Positions 19,343-29,934 of a DNA stretch of 64,000 nucleotides are shown piece after piece. Source of the stretch: an uncultured Bacteroidaceae bacterium. GTDB lineage: Bacteria; Bacteroidota; Bacteroidia; Bacteroidales; GCA-2748055. Each line of letters opens with the position of its first letter. Position 1 is the stretch's first letter. The notes below the pieces were generated by a model that was not told the origin of the DNA, did not search any database, and saw only the letters and a list, made by a program, of their open reading frames with translations. The stretch spans positions 43,367 to 107,366 of the forward strand of contig CAYZMH010000002.1 in the NCBI GenBank assembly GCA_964479445.1, written 5' to 3'. The position numbers were made by a program, and so were the translations under genes.

Positions 19343-20023
19343 ATGAGTTTTGTTGTTGTAGAAGGATTAGACGGATCTGGGAAATCGACACAGGTTGCTT
19401 TACTGAAGGAATATCTTAAAAAAGAGAGTATTCCATTTAAGTATCTGCATTTCCCAAGATTGGAAGAAGGGGTGTATGGTAAATTGATTGCAAGGTTTCT
19501 CAGAGGTGAAATGGGGCGAATTGATCAAGTCGATCCGTATCTTGTGGCACTTATTTTTGCAGGAGATAGAGGAGATGCAAAAGAGATGATCTGTTCCTGG
19601 ATAAAAGATGGGTATTTTGTCTTGATAGATCGTTATGTGTACTCTAACATAGCATTTCAATGTGCAAAAATCAATGCAGTGTATGAGCAAACTCTTCTTC
19701 GCGATTGGATCCTTCAGTTTGAATTTTCACACCTGGGCTTACCTGTTCCCGATATTAATCTTTTTTTAGATGTACCCTTGAAATTTATACAGGAAAAACT
19801 AAAGGCCTCAAGGTTAGGACCCGACCGGTCCTATCTAAAGGGTAAAACAGATATCCATGAAGATGATCTGACTTTTCAACAAAAGGTGAGAGAAATATAT
19901 TTGTCGCTTAGGGGGAAGGTGGATAATTTAAAGATTATTGATTGTTCATCCAATAATAATATACAATCCCCAAATATTATTTTTGAAAAACTCAGGAAGG
20001 AACTTCCACTGAAATCAAAATAA
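19343..20023 (+). CDS. tmk: thymidylate (dTMP) kinase family protein
   Basis: P-loop VVEGLDGSGKSTQ, DRY motif (LIDRYVYSN) and a lid region. 226 aa. Confidence 0.7.
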   Translation: MSFVVVEGLDGSGKSTQVALLKEYLKKESIPFKYLHFPRLEEGVYGKLIARFLRGEMGRIDQVDPYLVALIFAGDRGDAKEMICSWIKDGYFVLIDRYVYSNIAFQCAKINAVYEQTLLRDWILQFEFSHLGLPVPDINLFLDVPLKFIQEKLKASRLGPDRSYLKGKTDIHEDDLTFQQKVREIYLSLRGKVDNLKIIDCSSNNNIQSPNIIFEKLRKELPLKSK

Positions 20024-20034
20024 ACTATGACTCT

Positions 20035-21399
20035 ATGAAGCAAATACGATTGATAAGCCGTCTGATAATTGGAGTGACATTTATATTTAGTGGATTTGTC
20101 AAAGCTATTGATCCACTGGGATCTGCATATAAGTTTTCAGACTATTTCACCGCTTTTAATCTGGATTTTCTTCAACCAATTACGATTGTTTTTGCTATTT
20201 TGCTATCCTCATTTGAATTTGTCCTTGGACTGGTCATATTACTAGGTTACCTGAAACGTGGGTCGTATTGGTTGCTCCTACTTTTTATGAGTTTCTTCAC
20301 GTTGCTTACATTTTTTCTTGCCCTGTTCAACCCGGTTTCAGATTGTGGTTGTTTTGGAGATGCAATAATTATGACGAACTGGGAAACATTCTTTAAAAAC
20401 CTGGTTTTAATGGTGTTCGTTCTTATATTGTTTGGTAACCGAGAGAAAGAAAAAGATGTTCTTCATAAAAACCTCGAAAAAACTTTGGTGTTTCTATTTT
20501 TCGCTGGGATTGTTTACCTGTCTGTTTATAGCTATTTTCACCTTCCAATAATAGACTTTAGGCCTTATGATATAGGAACCTATATACCGGATGAGATGGA
20601 AATTCCAGAGGACGCTCCTGTAGATGAATATAAGACAACTCTTATCTACAGAAACAAAATCACAGATAAAGAGAGTCGTTTTAGTGTTAAAGATTATCCA
20701 GGGGATACGGCAGTTTGGGAATTTGTAGAAAGTGAGTCAGAACTTGTAAGTAAGGGGTATGAACCACCTATTCATGATTTTGTAGTAGCTGATCAGAATG
20801 GAAATGATGTGACAGATCATATTCTCGGCAGCGGGGATTATAGTCTTCTAGTGATATCTCATGATTTGAATCTCGCTGATTCAGCATATCTGGCAAAACT
20901 GAATAGCTGGGTGAAACTTGATCGTTTTGCAAATGATTTAGAGGTGTATCCCATAACATCTACTACAACTGCTGAAATTGAAAAGTTAAAAGAGAAATGG
21001 CAGTTGAACTATGATTTTTTTACGGCTGATGAAATAATGCTCAAAACCGTAATAAGATCTAATCCTGGTTTTGTCTTGATAAAGAACGGAACTATAATTG
21101 GTAAATGGGCCAAACGAGATTTTCCAGAATTAGAACATTGGAATTCCGATTGGCCTGAACTAGTTGATCAGGACCCCTTAGAATATGATCCGGGGATGGC
21201 GATGTTAATAGAAAATGGGGTAATGGAGAATCCGGACTGGAACATCATTCGTTTTGATAAATCAGCTACCAGGACTGTCTCGGAAGAATCGCATAATCAA
21301 ATTGAACAAAAAAACTGGCTCATATTTATTCTCACTGTGTTATTTATTGTTTCAATTTTACAATTAATCCCTAACAGAACAAGATACAATCGTGGTTAA
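20035..21399 (+). CDS. DoxX/MauE-like membrane protein fused to a Cys-less thioredoxin-fold-like domain (BT_3928-like)
   Basis: The N-terminal half has 4-5 transmembrane helices with a DCGCFG motif. The soluble middle part resembles AhpC/TlpA-type folds but has no CxxC. A C-terminal transmembrane helix is present. Confidence 0.55.
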   Translation: MKQIRLISRLIIGVTFIFSGFVKAIDPLGSAYKFSDYFTAFNLDFLQPITIVFAILLSSFEFVLGLVILLGYLKRGSYWLLLLFMSFFTLLTFFLALFNPVSDCGCFGDAIIMTNWETFFKNLVLMVFVLILFGNREKEKDVLHKNLEKTLVFLFFAGIVYLSVYSYFHLPIIDFRPYDIGTYIPDEMEIPEDAPVDEYKTTLIYRNKITDKESRFSVKDYPGDTAVWEFVESESELVSKGYEPPIHDFVVADQNGNDVTDHILGSGDYSLLVISHDLNLADSAYLAKLNSWVKLDRFANDLEVYPITSTTTAEIEKLKEKWQLNYDFFTADEIMLKTVIRSNPGFVLIKNGTIIGKWAKRDFPELEHWNSDWPELVDQDPLEYDPGMAMLIENGVMENPDWNIIRFDKSATRTVSEESHNQIEQKNWLIFILTVLFIVSILQLIPNRTRYNRG

Positions 21400-22474
21400 T
21401 TGGATTATCGGCAAGATACTATACGGACTTGGGGTTCTTTGGGGTGTTGTGACACTTGTATTTTTCCTTTTTCACGTTTTGCCCGGTGACCCAGCAAGAA
21501 TGATGCTTGGGCAACGTGCGGATCTTCGCTCAATAGAGAGGATTAATACAGAACTGGGCTTAGATCGACCAGTATCCCTTCAGTACTTGCGTTACATAAA
21601 TGATTTATCACCCCTGTCTTGGCATAATTTCAGTGACCCTGATAACTACTTTTACCTAAACAGTAACCGTCTTGATAAAGCTATACCTCTATTAAAATTC
21701 GGGCATAATTCAGGAATTGTTCTGAAAAAACCTTATTTAGGGGTTAGTTTCCAAAACCGGACTCCGGTTCATATATTAATTGGGGATGTTTTACCAAATA
21801 CACTCTTGCTTGCAACTGTCGCAATTATCTTTGCAAGTTTCTTTGGAGGATTATTAGGAATTATAGCCGCAATGGTTAAAAATTCGGCACTTGATAAATT
21901 TGTACTTTTCATAAGTGCCATTGGAATGTCTTTACCCTCTTTTTTTTCAGCGATATTATTTGGCTGGATCTTTGCTTTTGTCCTTGCTGAGCATACGGGG
22001 TTAAATCTTACAGGAAATATTTATGAGATAGATGATTTTGGGAACGGTAAAGTGCTGCGGTTGAAAAACCTTATATTACCTGCATTCACGTTGGGTATAC
22101 GCCCTCTATCTATAGTTGTGCAGCTTACCCGCAATTCACTTCTTGAGGTTCTAAATCAAGATTATATCAGGACCGCCCGCGCAAAGGGCTTAGGCTTTTT
22201 GCGAGTATTAAGGAAACATGCCTTAAGAAATTCGCTGAATCCGGTTATAACTGCTGTAAGTGGTTGGTTTGCATCACTTATGGCAGGCGTGGTATTTGTT
22301 GAATACATTTTTGGATGGAAAGGACTGGGCTATCTCATAGTGGATGCACTTAATCAATATGATATGCCCGTAGTATTGGGATCAGTAATTACAATTGCCA
22401 CAATATTTGTCTTGGTTAATATTTTTGTTGATCTGATCTATTCACTTTTAGATCCACGTATACGTTCTTTATAA
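21392..22474 (+). CDS. ABC transporter permease, DppB/OppB (binding-protein-dependent) family
   Basis: GTG start overlapping the previous gene by 8 nt. EAA-loop region (YIRTARAKGL....L.KHALRN) and six predicted transmembrane segments. No ATPase or binding-protein gene is adjacent. Confidence 0.75.
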   Translation: MVNWIIGKILYGLGVLWGVVTLVFFLFHVLPGDPARMMLGQRADLRSIERINTELGLDRPVSLQYLRYINDLSPLSWHNFSDPDNYFYLNSNRLDKAIPLLKFGHNSGIVLKKPYLGVSFQNRTPVHILIGDVLPNTLLLATVAIIFASFFGGLLGIIAAMVKNSALDKFVLFISAIGMSLPSFFSAILFGWIFAFVLAEHTGLNLTGNIYEIDDFGNGKVLRLKNLILPAFTLGIRPLSIVVQLTRNSLLEVLNQDYIRTARAKGLGFLRVLRKHALRNSLNPVITAVSGWFASLMAGVVFVEYIFGWKGLGYLIVDALNQYDMPVVLGSVITIATIFVLVNIFVDLIYSLLDPRIRSL

Positions 22475-22528
22475 GTATGAATTATTCTTATATTTACTTC
22501 ATTATAAATGATAAACTAGACATCGATT

Positions 22529-23278
22529 ATGAGAAAAAAAATTGTAGCTGGAAACTGGAAAATGAATACGGAATTACAAAATGGACTGGAGTTAGCGCGC
22601 TCAGTTGAAGAGCATGGAAAAAACCTCGAAAGCGATGCGCTATTAATTATAGCTCCGCCATTTACTCATCTGGCTAAGATTAATGAGGTGATTCAAAGTG
22701 TAAAACTTGCCTCCCAGAATTGTGCATCAGAGGAGAAAGGGGCTTATACAGGAGAAGTTTCGCCAGATATGCTTAAGTCTGTTGGCGTGGAATATGTAAT
22801 ATTAGGTCATTCCGAACGGAGATCTTATTACCAGGAAGATAACACATTGATCAATAAAAAGATAAAACTTGCACTTGCTAAAGGGTTGAAACCCATTTTT
22901 TGCTGCGGGGAGGCATTAAATGACCGCGAGGAGGGCAGACTTTTTGATGTAATTAGAAAGCAGGTAGAGGTTGGTCTCAAAGATGTTTCCCCATCGGAAT
23001 TGGACCAGGTGATAATTGCTTATGAACCAGTCTGGGCAATAGGAACAGGAGTTACTGCCACCCCAGAACAAGCACAGGAAATGCATCATTTCATAAGGAG
23101 TCTCATAAAGGAACTATATGATGCAAATATTGCTGATCAGACTACATTGCTTTATGGGGGAAGTTGTAAACCTGGCAATGCCAGGGAATTGTTTGCCAAT
23201 CCGGATGTTGATGGAGGTCTGATTGGTGGCGCTTCATTAAAAGCAGAGGATTTTATTCAAATCGCAAATTCTTATTGA
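22529..23278 (+). CDS. tpiA: triose-phosphate isomerase
   Basis: VAGNWKMN, GHSERR, AYEPVWAIGTG and GGASL motifs. Confidence 0.95.
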   Translation: MRKKIVAGNWKMNTELQNGLELARSVEEHGKNLESDALLIIAPPFTHLAKINEVIQSVKLASQNCASEEKGAYTGEVSPDMLKSVGVEYVILGHSERRSYYQEDNTLINKKIKLALAKGLKPIFCCGEALNDREEGRLFDVIRKQVEVGLKDVSPSELDQVIIAYEPVWAIGTGVTATPEQAQEMHHFIRSLIKELYDANIADQTTLLYGGSCKPGNARELFANPDVDGGLIGGASLKAEDFIQIANSY

Positions 23279-23294
23279 TAATGGAAATGGAGGT

Positions 23295-24128
23295 ATGATG
23301 AGATACCTGCAATACACATTTTCCGGGATTAAGGATGCTGAAAGGGCTGAACAATTGATCGCAGAATTGTTGGCACTATCATTTGAAGGCTTTTTAGAAG
23401 AGAAGGATCGAATTACTGCGTATATTCGGGAAGATAATTATCATCGTGATATGAAGCAATTTATAAGTGAATTACCAAGCGAATTTCATGAATATAAATT
23501 AAGCATTCAGCATTTAGAGGAGATTAACTGGAATTCCGCTTGGGAAAAAAGTTTTCAACCAATTACGATTGCGGATCAAATTTATCTGCGGGCCCCTTTT
23601 CATGCCCCCAATCCAGAAGCTAAGTATGACCTGGTAATTGAACCAAAAATGTCTTTTGGTACCGGCCATCACCAAACGACCCGTTTGATGATGGAAGCTA
23701 TGTTAGGTGTCAATGTTGATAAGAAGGTTGTCTTGGATATGGGAACAGGTACCGGAGTATTGGCAGTTTTCGCCTCATTACTTGGGGCTGAAAGAGTACT
23801 CGGACTGGACATTGATAATTGGTCCCTGGAAAATGCAAGGTATAATGTCCTGAATAATTCAGTTGGTAAAATTCAAATTGATAAGAGAGATAATAGTATC
23901 TGGGAAAGTCATAAATTTGATATTGTTTTAGCCAATATTAATAAGAATGTCCTTCTGAAAGATCTCAAATATTACAAGTCGGTTCTTACCTCCTCAGGTA
24001 TTATTATAATTAGTGGTTTATTAGGATCTGATCTGTCCGTCATTGAGAAGGAAGCATTTAACGTAAACTTAAACATTAAAGATATTCTCAGAGAAGACGA
24101 GTGGATTGCTCTAATATTGACTAAATAA
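23295..24128 (+). CDS. prmA: ribosomal protein L11 methyltransferase
   Basis: PrmA pattern I.P.MSFGTGHH.TT and the SAM-binding motif LDMGTGTGVLA. Confidence 0.85.
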   Translation: MMRYLQYTFSGIKDAERAEQLIAELLALSFEGFLEEKDRITAYIREDNYHRDMKQFISELPSEFHEYKLSIQHLEEINWNSAWEKSFQPITIADQIYLRAPFHAPNPEAKYDLVIEPKMSFGTGHHQTTRLMMEAMLGVNVDKKVVLDMGTGTGVLAVFASLLGAERVLGLDIDNWSLENARYNVLNNSVGKIQIDKRDNSIWESHKFDIVLANINKNVLLKDLKYYKSVLTSSGIIIISGLLGSDLSVIEKEAFNVNLNIKDILREDEWIALILTK

Positions 24129-24171
24129 TAAAAAATTTTACTACGACTTGCTGTAGATTAAAGAATTGCTT

Positions 24172-27100
24172 ATGATTCATTTTTATCGTCTGCTCTTAAT
24201 AGCGATCATCAGTCTACCAATGAGTCATCTTTCAGCCCAGTACCTGGAATCTTTTTCCCAGGATACAGGAAAATATATTCAGGAACTTGATCAGCTTTTT
24301 GGTAATTTGCTTTCCGATAAGGAGGAGGAGGTTTATGAAAATTTCACAGTAATATGGGATTCACTTGAGCATCATAACCGCGCAGCCATAATGCAGGTTT
24401 CTGAATTAATGCTTCAACGAGATTGCAGGGCCAGACCGTATTTTGTATCTTTTCTTGAAATTCTTAATTCCTTCATTCGCAACAAAAAGACAGAACTGGG
24501 ATTCAATGAATGGATTAGTGGGTATCGGATTTTTCTGTCAGATGAGAAAACTTTGCTGAAACAGATTCGTAATCTTCAAGAGACAACATTATCGGTTTTA
24601 TCGGAGAATAAATTGTATGAATCCGTATCATTGGAATGGCGGTTGGGTGCCAGGAACTTTCACTTCAGTTCAAAAGGTGGTCAGTTGAGAATAGTAACAG
24701 AGGGAACCAACTTAACGTGTCATTCTGCAGGAGATAGTATTTACATAACAGATGTATATGGATATATCAATCCTGTGAATACTTTTTTTATTGGCTCTCA
24801 CGGAAAAGTATATTGGAAGCATGTTGGCTTCGAATCAGATGAGACTTTTGCTGTCCTTGATCAATATAAAATTGATCTTCGATCGCCAGGTTATAGTGCA
24901 GATTCAGTGCTGCTTACACATGGAGAAATATTCTCGAAACCTGTTCTGGGAAGAATAGAAGACAAAGTTAGTGCATATAAGAATCCGGAGCAGGCAAAGT
25001 TTCCTAAATTTTTTACATATCAAAGTACCTATGAGATCAATGATTTAACGGAAGGAATCAATTTCAGGGGAGGGTTGTCTCTCCAGGGTGCCAATCTTGC
25101 AGGAACTGGGACTGAAACGGATGTTGCCAGATTGGAAATTCATAGTAAAGATACCCTTCGCGTTAGGCTTAAATCCAATTTGTTTCTCTTCAATAATAGA
25201 ACGATACGAAGTAATCATTCGCAGGTTTCCATATTCATCGAACAGGATTCTATTTACCATCCGGATCTCGTATTTGTATACCAGATCCCGGAACAGGAGA
25301 TGCGTCTTACAAAATCTGATGTGTATACCTCTCAGGGACCTTACGCAAACACATACCATAATGTGGATATGAATTTCGATGAATTGTATTGGAAGCGGGA
25401 TAAGCCGGTAATGCGACTTCAACCAGCATTAGGTACGTCTATTGGTCGTGCTTTCTTTGAATCAAATGATTTTTTCAACTATAAATTCTATAATAGCCTG
25501 CAGGGGATGGATTTTCAAAATCCATTGGCTATGCTTTGGATGTATGCAAATGACTTGAAAAGAAAGACTTTTCCAGTAAAATCCTATGCAGTTTACCGGG
25601 GCGTTGCACCCTATCAGATAAGGCATCAGCTGATGAATTTATCCAAGATGGGATTTGTGTATTTTGATGATGAGGAAGATCAGGTAACATTAAGGGATAA
25701 ATTATATGATTTCATTGATGCTAGTTTGCAAAAGAATGACTACGATGTAATAAGGTTCATTTCAAGAACCGAATCCAGGGAGTACAATGCATCATTGAAT
25801 CTGCTAAATAAAGATCTAATAATAAATGGAATACCTAATATCTTCCTGAGCGATTCTCAAAATGTGAAACTGGTGCCCGAAGATAATCAAATCATAATGA
25901 AGCGAAACAGGGATTTCCAATTCAGTGGTTCTATTGATGCTGGTCTCTTCAAGTTTCATGGTCAGAACTTTTTCTTTGAATATGATAGTTTTAAAATCAA
26001 TTTGCAGGATATAGATTCATTGGAGCTTACTGCAAAAGCCGGCAAAAAGGATGAATACGGAAATGAAATGATGACAAGTATTGATAATAAAGTAGAGCAA
26101 ATCACCGGAGAGTTATTGATCGATGCACCTTCGAATAAATCAGGATTGGAGAATTATCCAAAATACCCGGTTTTTACAAGTCGTGAGAATTCTTTTATAT
26201 ATTTTGATGAAAAGACTATACAGGATGGGGTTTATAACAGAAATGTGTTTTATTTTGAATTATTCCCCTTTTCTATAGACAGTCTTGATAATTTTACTCG
26301 CGACGCTCTGAAACTGGAAGGCACATTCGTTTCAGCAGGCATTCTGCCTCCCCTGGAGCTGGAAATGTCTTTGAGACCAGATAACTCTTTGGGTTTTTAT
26401 TTGCAAACTCCCGAGGAGGGACTTCCTGTCTTTGATGGTAAAGGAATATTTTACGAGGATTTAGAAATGAGCAGTAAAGGACTGCATGGATACGGTTCGC
26501 TGGATTATCTTACGTCCACAACCTGGTCTGATGATTTCCTTTTTCACCCCGATTCTGTGCTTACAACTTCCAGAAGATTCCTGGAACGTGAGGAGGAGAG
26601 TCCGGTGAGCTTTCCGTATGTGGAAAATTCGGTTGCCGAAATCAGGTGGTATCCCCCTAAAGATGTGATGAATATAAATAGAGTTGAAAAGACCTTTACC
26701 ATATTCAATGATAGTATTTATTTTGGAGGTGATTTAGCGTTAACACCAGCAGGGCTGAGGGGAACAGGGCCACTGGCGCTAAAAGATGCACGCATAGAAT
26801 CTTCAGCTTTTAAATTCCTTGCTCAAGAGATCATTGCAGATTCGGCAGGTGTTATGCTTAAAGCTTCTTCAGCGGAGGAATTTGCATGGATAACCGAAAA
26901 TGTCAGAATTCATATACAATTAAGGGTACGTCAAGGAGAATTCCATGCTAATAAGGATTTTACTACAGTTTCATTTCCACAAAATATGTATGAAACTAGA
27001 TTAGATCATATGACCTGGGATATGGATAATCAGGAAGTCGAAATGCAGCAGAAAGAGTTGTTGGAAGAAAACAGGGTGGATATTGGAATTGATACAGTAA

Positions 27101-28662
27101 TGACCAACGGACCTACATATTTGTCGTTACATCCTCAGCAGGACTCTCTGAGATTTGTTGCCCCCCTTTCAATATACAACTACGCAGAAAGAGACTTGAA
27201 TGGGAGGGATGTTCCGTTTATTCAAATTGGTGATGCTTACGTATTTCCTTATAATGGTAATGTAAGCATAGAGGAAAAAGCAAAGATGGATGTGTTAAAG
27301 AAGGCGAAAATCCTGGCCAATACCGAAAGTCGATATCATTTATTGAGGGAAGCAAATATTAGAATTAAATCTCGTAATTACTATAGTGGGTCTGCTACTT
27401 ACGATTATGAGGATGAGTTTGGAAATATTTATCCATTCAGATTAGAGGAGGTCGAAATGGATACTTCAATCGAAACCAGGGGGCGTGGGAGTGTTACAGA
27501 ACTGGACAGCTTTATGTTAAGCCCTTACATGGCATACCAGGGAGAGATCCGGATGTTTGCAGATAATGAACTGCTTACTTTTGCAGGTGGAGTGAAATTG
27601 ACACACGATTGCCCGATAAATAAACAATGGTTAAAATTTGAAACTGAAATAAATCCGGATAGTATTATGATTCCGGTAGACCCAAGAATGCAGAATGTAA
27701 ATCTGAATAATATCTATGCCGGAACACTGATTGCTAGAGATTCTACCCACATTTACCCCACTTTCTTTTCTGGTAGAAAAGACTACTTTGACAGAAATAT
27801 CACTTATGCTGACGGATATCTCTATTACAATAAGACTGAAGAGAAGTATGAGCTGGCATCATTAGCGAAACTTGAGGATCATGCAGCAGCGGGAAATTAC
27901 CTTACACTTAAAACCGATTCCTGTCATCTTTATGGAGAAGGAATCATTGATATGAATTTAAATTATGGAAAGGTGGATTTGGTAACAGTTGGTAATGTAG
28001 TGCATAAAACGAGATCCAATAGACTGAATATGCATGTAATGCTGGGGCTGAATTTCTTCTTTAATAAAGAGGCCTTAAAGGTTTTTGGTCATGAGATTGA
28101 TAGTCTACCTGATCTGGATCCGGTGGACCTTACTACTACGTTTTATAAAAAAGGGATGAAAAATCTGGTAGGAACTGAGACCGCTGAAAAATTGGAAACA
28201 GAAATGGGTTTATATGGTTCCTACTCTGAGATTCCAGATACTATGTCTCATACCATTCTTTTTAATGATGTCAGGTTATCCTGGAATCAGGATACCAGGT
28301 CTTATCGTTATAATGGTGAAGTGGGAATTGGTTTGGTTGGAGACGTGCAGGTGAATAAGAAGGTGCATGCTTATATGGAATTTGTTGAAAAGGGTTCCGG
28401 TGATATTTTTGACATATATCTGAAAGCAAATGATAATGTTTGGTATTATTTAGCATTTAGCCCCGGAGGAATGCAGGTTCTCTCTTCCAATAAAAAATTT
28501 AATCAAATTGTTTTTGAGCTTAGAGCTAATCAACGAAGAGTGAAATCCAGGGCCGGCGAGCCAAGTTATATCTATTCTTTATCCTCGAACAGAAGAATGC
28601 AATTGTTCCTGGAGCGTTTTCTTTATTATGAAGAAGAGCAAAAACTCCATAATGAACAGTGA
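24172..28662 (+). CDS. large (1,496-aa) secreted protein of unknown function
   Basis: Uninterrupted 4.5-kb ORF. ATG at 24172 (the track start at 24166 is a TTG). N-terminal signal peptide ending ...SHLSAQ. I recognise no catalytic or sorting motif. Confidence 0.7.
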   Translation: MIHFYRLLLIAIISLPMSHLSAQYLESFSQDTGKYIQELDQLFGNLLSDKEEEVYENFTVIWDSLEHHNRAAIMQVSELMLQRDCRARPYFVSFLEILNSFIRNKKTELGFNEWISGYRIFLSDEKTLLKQIRNLQETTLSVLSENKLYESVSLEWRLGARNFHFSSKGGQLRIVTEGTNLTCHSAGDSIYITDVYGYINPVNTFFIGSHGKVYWKHVGFESDETFAVLDQYKIDLRSPGYSADSVLLTHGEIFSKPVLGRIEDKVSAYKNPEQAKFPKFFTYQSTYEINDLTEGINFRGGLSLQGANLAGTGTETDVARLEIHSKDTLRVRLKSNLFLFNNRTIRSNHSQVSIFIEQDSIYHPDLVFVYQIPEQEMRLTKSDVYTSQGPYANTYHNVDMNFDELYWKRDKPVMRLQPALGTSIGRAFFESNDFFNYKFYNSLQGMDFQNPLAMLWMYANDLKRKTFPVKSYAVYRGVAPYQIRHQLMNLSKMGFVYFDDEEDQVTLRDKLYDFIDASLQKNDYDVIRFISRTESREYNASLNLLNKDLIINGIPNIFLSDSQNVKLVPEDNQIIMKRNRDFQFSGSIDAGLFKFHGQNFFFEYDSFKINLQDIDSLELTAKAGKKDEYGNEMMTSIDNKVEQITGELLIDAPSNKSGLENYPKYPVFTSRENSFIYFDEKTIQDGVYNRNVFYFELFPFSIDSLDNFTRDALKLEGTFVSAGILPPLELEMSLRPDNSLGFYLQTPEEGLPVFDGKGIFYEDLEMSSKGLHGYGSLDYLTSTTWSDDFLFHPDSVLTTSRRFLEREEESPVSFPYVENSVAEIRWYPPKDVMNINRVEKTFTIFNDSIYFGGDLALTPAGLRGTGPLALKDARIESSAFKFLAQEIIADSAGVMLKASSAEEFAWITENVRIHIQLRVRQGEFHANKDFTTVSFPQNMYETRLDHMTWDMDNQEVEMQQKELLEENRVDIGIDTVMTNGPTYLSLHPQQDSLRFVAPLSIYNYAERDLNGRDVPFIQIGDAYVFPYNGNVSIEEKAKMDVLKKAKILANTESRYHLLREANIRIKSRNYYSGSATYDYEDEFGNIYPFRLEEVEMDTSIETRGRGSVTELDSFMLSPYMAYQGEIRMFADNELLTFAGGVKLTHDCPINKQWLKFETEINPDSIMIPVDPRMQNVNLNNIYAGTLIARDSTHIYPTFFSGRKDYFDRNITYADGYLYYNKTEEKYELASLAKLEDHAAAGNYLTLKTDSCHLYGEGIIDMNLNYGKVDLVTVGNVVHKTRSNRLNMHVMLGLNFFFNKEALKVFGHEIDSLPDLDPVDLTTTFYKKGMKNLVGTETAEKLETEMGLYGSYSEIPDTMSHTILFNDVRLSWNQDTRSYRYNGEVGIGLVGDVQVNKKVHAYMEFVEKGSGDIFDIYLKANDNVWYYLAFSPGGMQVLSSNKKFNQIVFELRANQRRVKSRAGEPSYIYSLSSNRRMQLFLERFLYYEEEQKLHNEQ

Positions 28663-28672
28663 AAGGCTATAA

Positions 28673-29173
28673 TTAATATTCAGACCGGCTTCCAAGCTCA
28701 ATAATCTCGAGGTTCCTGGGGCGACCTTTAATTATATCTAATCGAACAGCTGTCCGGACTTCATGAAATCCCTGGTAACCAGCAGATCCAGGATTTATAT
28801 GCAAGAAACCATGTTTTTTGTCTGCTATTATCTTTAGTATATGAGAATGTCCGGATATAAAAAGATCCGGGGGATTAGACATAATTTTTTTTCGAACTTC
28901 AGCTTCATACCTTCCGGGATACCCCCCAATATGAATCATGTATATATCCATCTCGGCACGATTAAGTCTTTGCTCGCGCGGAATATGTGATCTTATCTCG
29001 GATCCATCAATGTTACCAAAAACTGCTTTAACGGGTTTAAATTCTTCTAACCTTCTGAGAATATCAATATTTCCAATATCTCCCGCATGCCAGATTTCAT
29101 CGCAGTTTTTGAAAAATGTGAACAGTTTTTGGTCCAGGTATCCATGAGTATCCGATAAAAAACCAATTTTCAT
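28673..29173 (-). CDS. metallophosphoesterase, YfcE/MJ0936 family
   Basis: MKIGFLSDTHG, GDI, GNIDG and GHSH motifs. Start moved to the ATG at 29173, because the track's 41-codon extension would overlap the divergent rsmE start. Confidence 0.8.
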   Translation of the reverse strand: MKIGFLSDTHGYLDQKLFTFFKNCDEIWHAGDIGNIDILRRLEEFKPVKAVFGNIDGSEIRSHIPREQRLNRAEMDIYMIHIGGYPGRYEAEVRKKIMSNPPDLFISGHSHILKIIADKKHGFLHINPGSAGYQGFHEVRTAVRLDIIKGRPRNLEIIELGSRSEY

Positions 29174-29232
29174 ATGTTTACAGACTATAAATATGAAGAT
29201 GAAATTACTATTTTTATAAAATAATCTGAAAC

Positions 29233-29934
29233 ATGCATATCTTTTATACACCAGGAATTGTGGGTGAATTTTATGAGTTGAATGAAGAGGAGTCAAGGCA
29301 TTGTGTCAAGGTTTTGCGGATGAAGACTGGTGATCAGGTACAGGCCATAGATGGTGAGGGAGGACTTTATGAAGGGGAGATAATTGCAGTTCATCAAAAA
29401 AGATGCGCAATACAGATACACCAGTCGAAGCAGAACTACAAGCCACTTGCTTATGATCTTACCGTTGCTATAGCTCCAACAAAAAAAATGGATAGATTTG
29501 AATGGTTCCTGGAGAAGGCAACGGAGATCGGAGTAAGTCGAATCGTTCCTATTATTTGTGAACGTTCCGAGAGAAGTGCCTTTCGGTCAGACAGGGTGGA
29601 AAAAGTTGTAGTTGCGGCAATGAAGCAATCAGTCAGAGCCTATAAACCAAAAATTGAATCCCCTGTGGCTTTTTATGAATGGATAAAACGTGATTCGAAT
29701 CAGAACGGGTATATTGCACATTGTCACAATTTACGCAAAGAATCGCTATGGAAAATAGCATTATCAGACAGTATAAGAATAGCCATTGGACCGGAAGGGG
29801 ATTTCACAAAAGAAGAGATAAAAAGAGCTGAAGAGTGCAGATTTAAAGGGGTGTCATTGGGAGCATATCGTTTGCGAACCGAAACCGCTGGAATTTTGGC
29901 ATGTTCAGCAGTCTTTTTCTCGAAAGAAAAATGA
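29233..29934 (+). CDS. rsmE: 16S rRNA (uracil1498-N3)-methyltransferase
   Basis: N-terminal PUA-like domain (H...VLRMK.GD) and a SPOUT C-terminus (IGPEGDFT..E). Confidence 0.85.
   Translation: MHIFYTPGIVGEFYELNEEESRHCVKVLRMKTGDQVQAIDGEGGLYEGEIIAVHQKRCAIQIHQSKQNYKPLAYDLTVAIAPTKKMDRFEWFLEKATEIGVSRIVPIICERSERSAFRSDRVEKVVVAAMKQSVRAYKPKIESPVAFYEWIKRDSNQNGYIAHCHNLRKESLWKIALSDSIRIAIGPEGDFTKEEIKRAEECRFKGVSLGAYRLRTETAGILACSAVFFSKEK

Noticed and set aside
29174-29296. A 41-codon N-terminal extension of the metallophosphoesterase ORF, overlapping the divergent rsmE start.
   Set aside because: The family's N-terminal metal-binding motif (MKIGFLSDTHG) begins at the internal ATG at 29173. The extension is hydrophobic, low-complexity sequence and would cover the rsmE promoter and start region.
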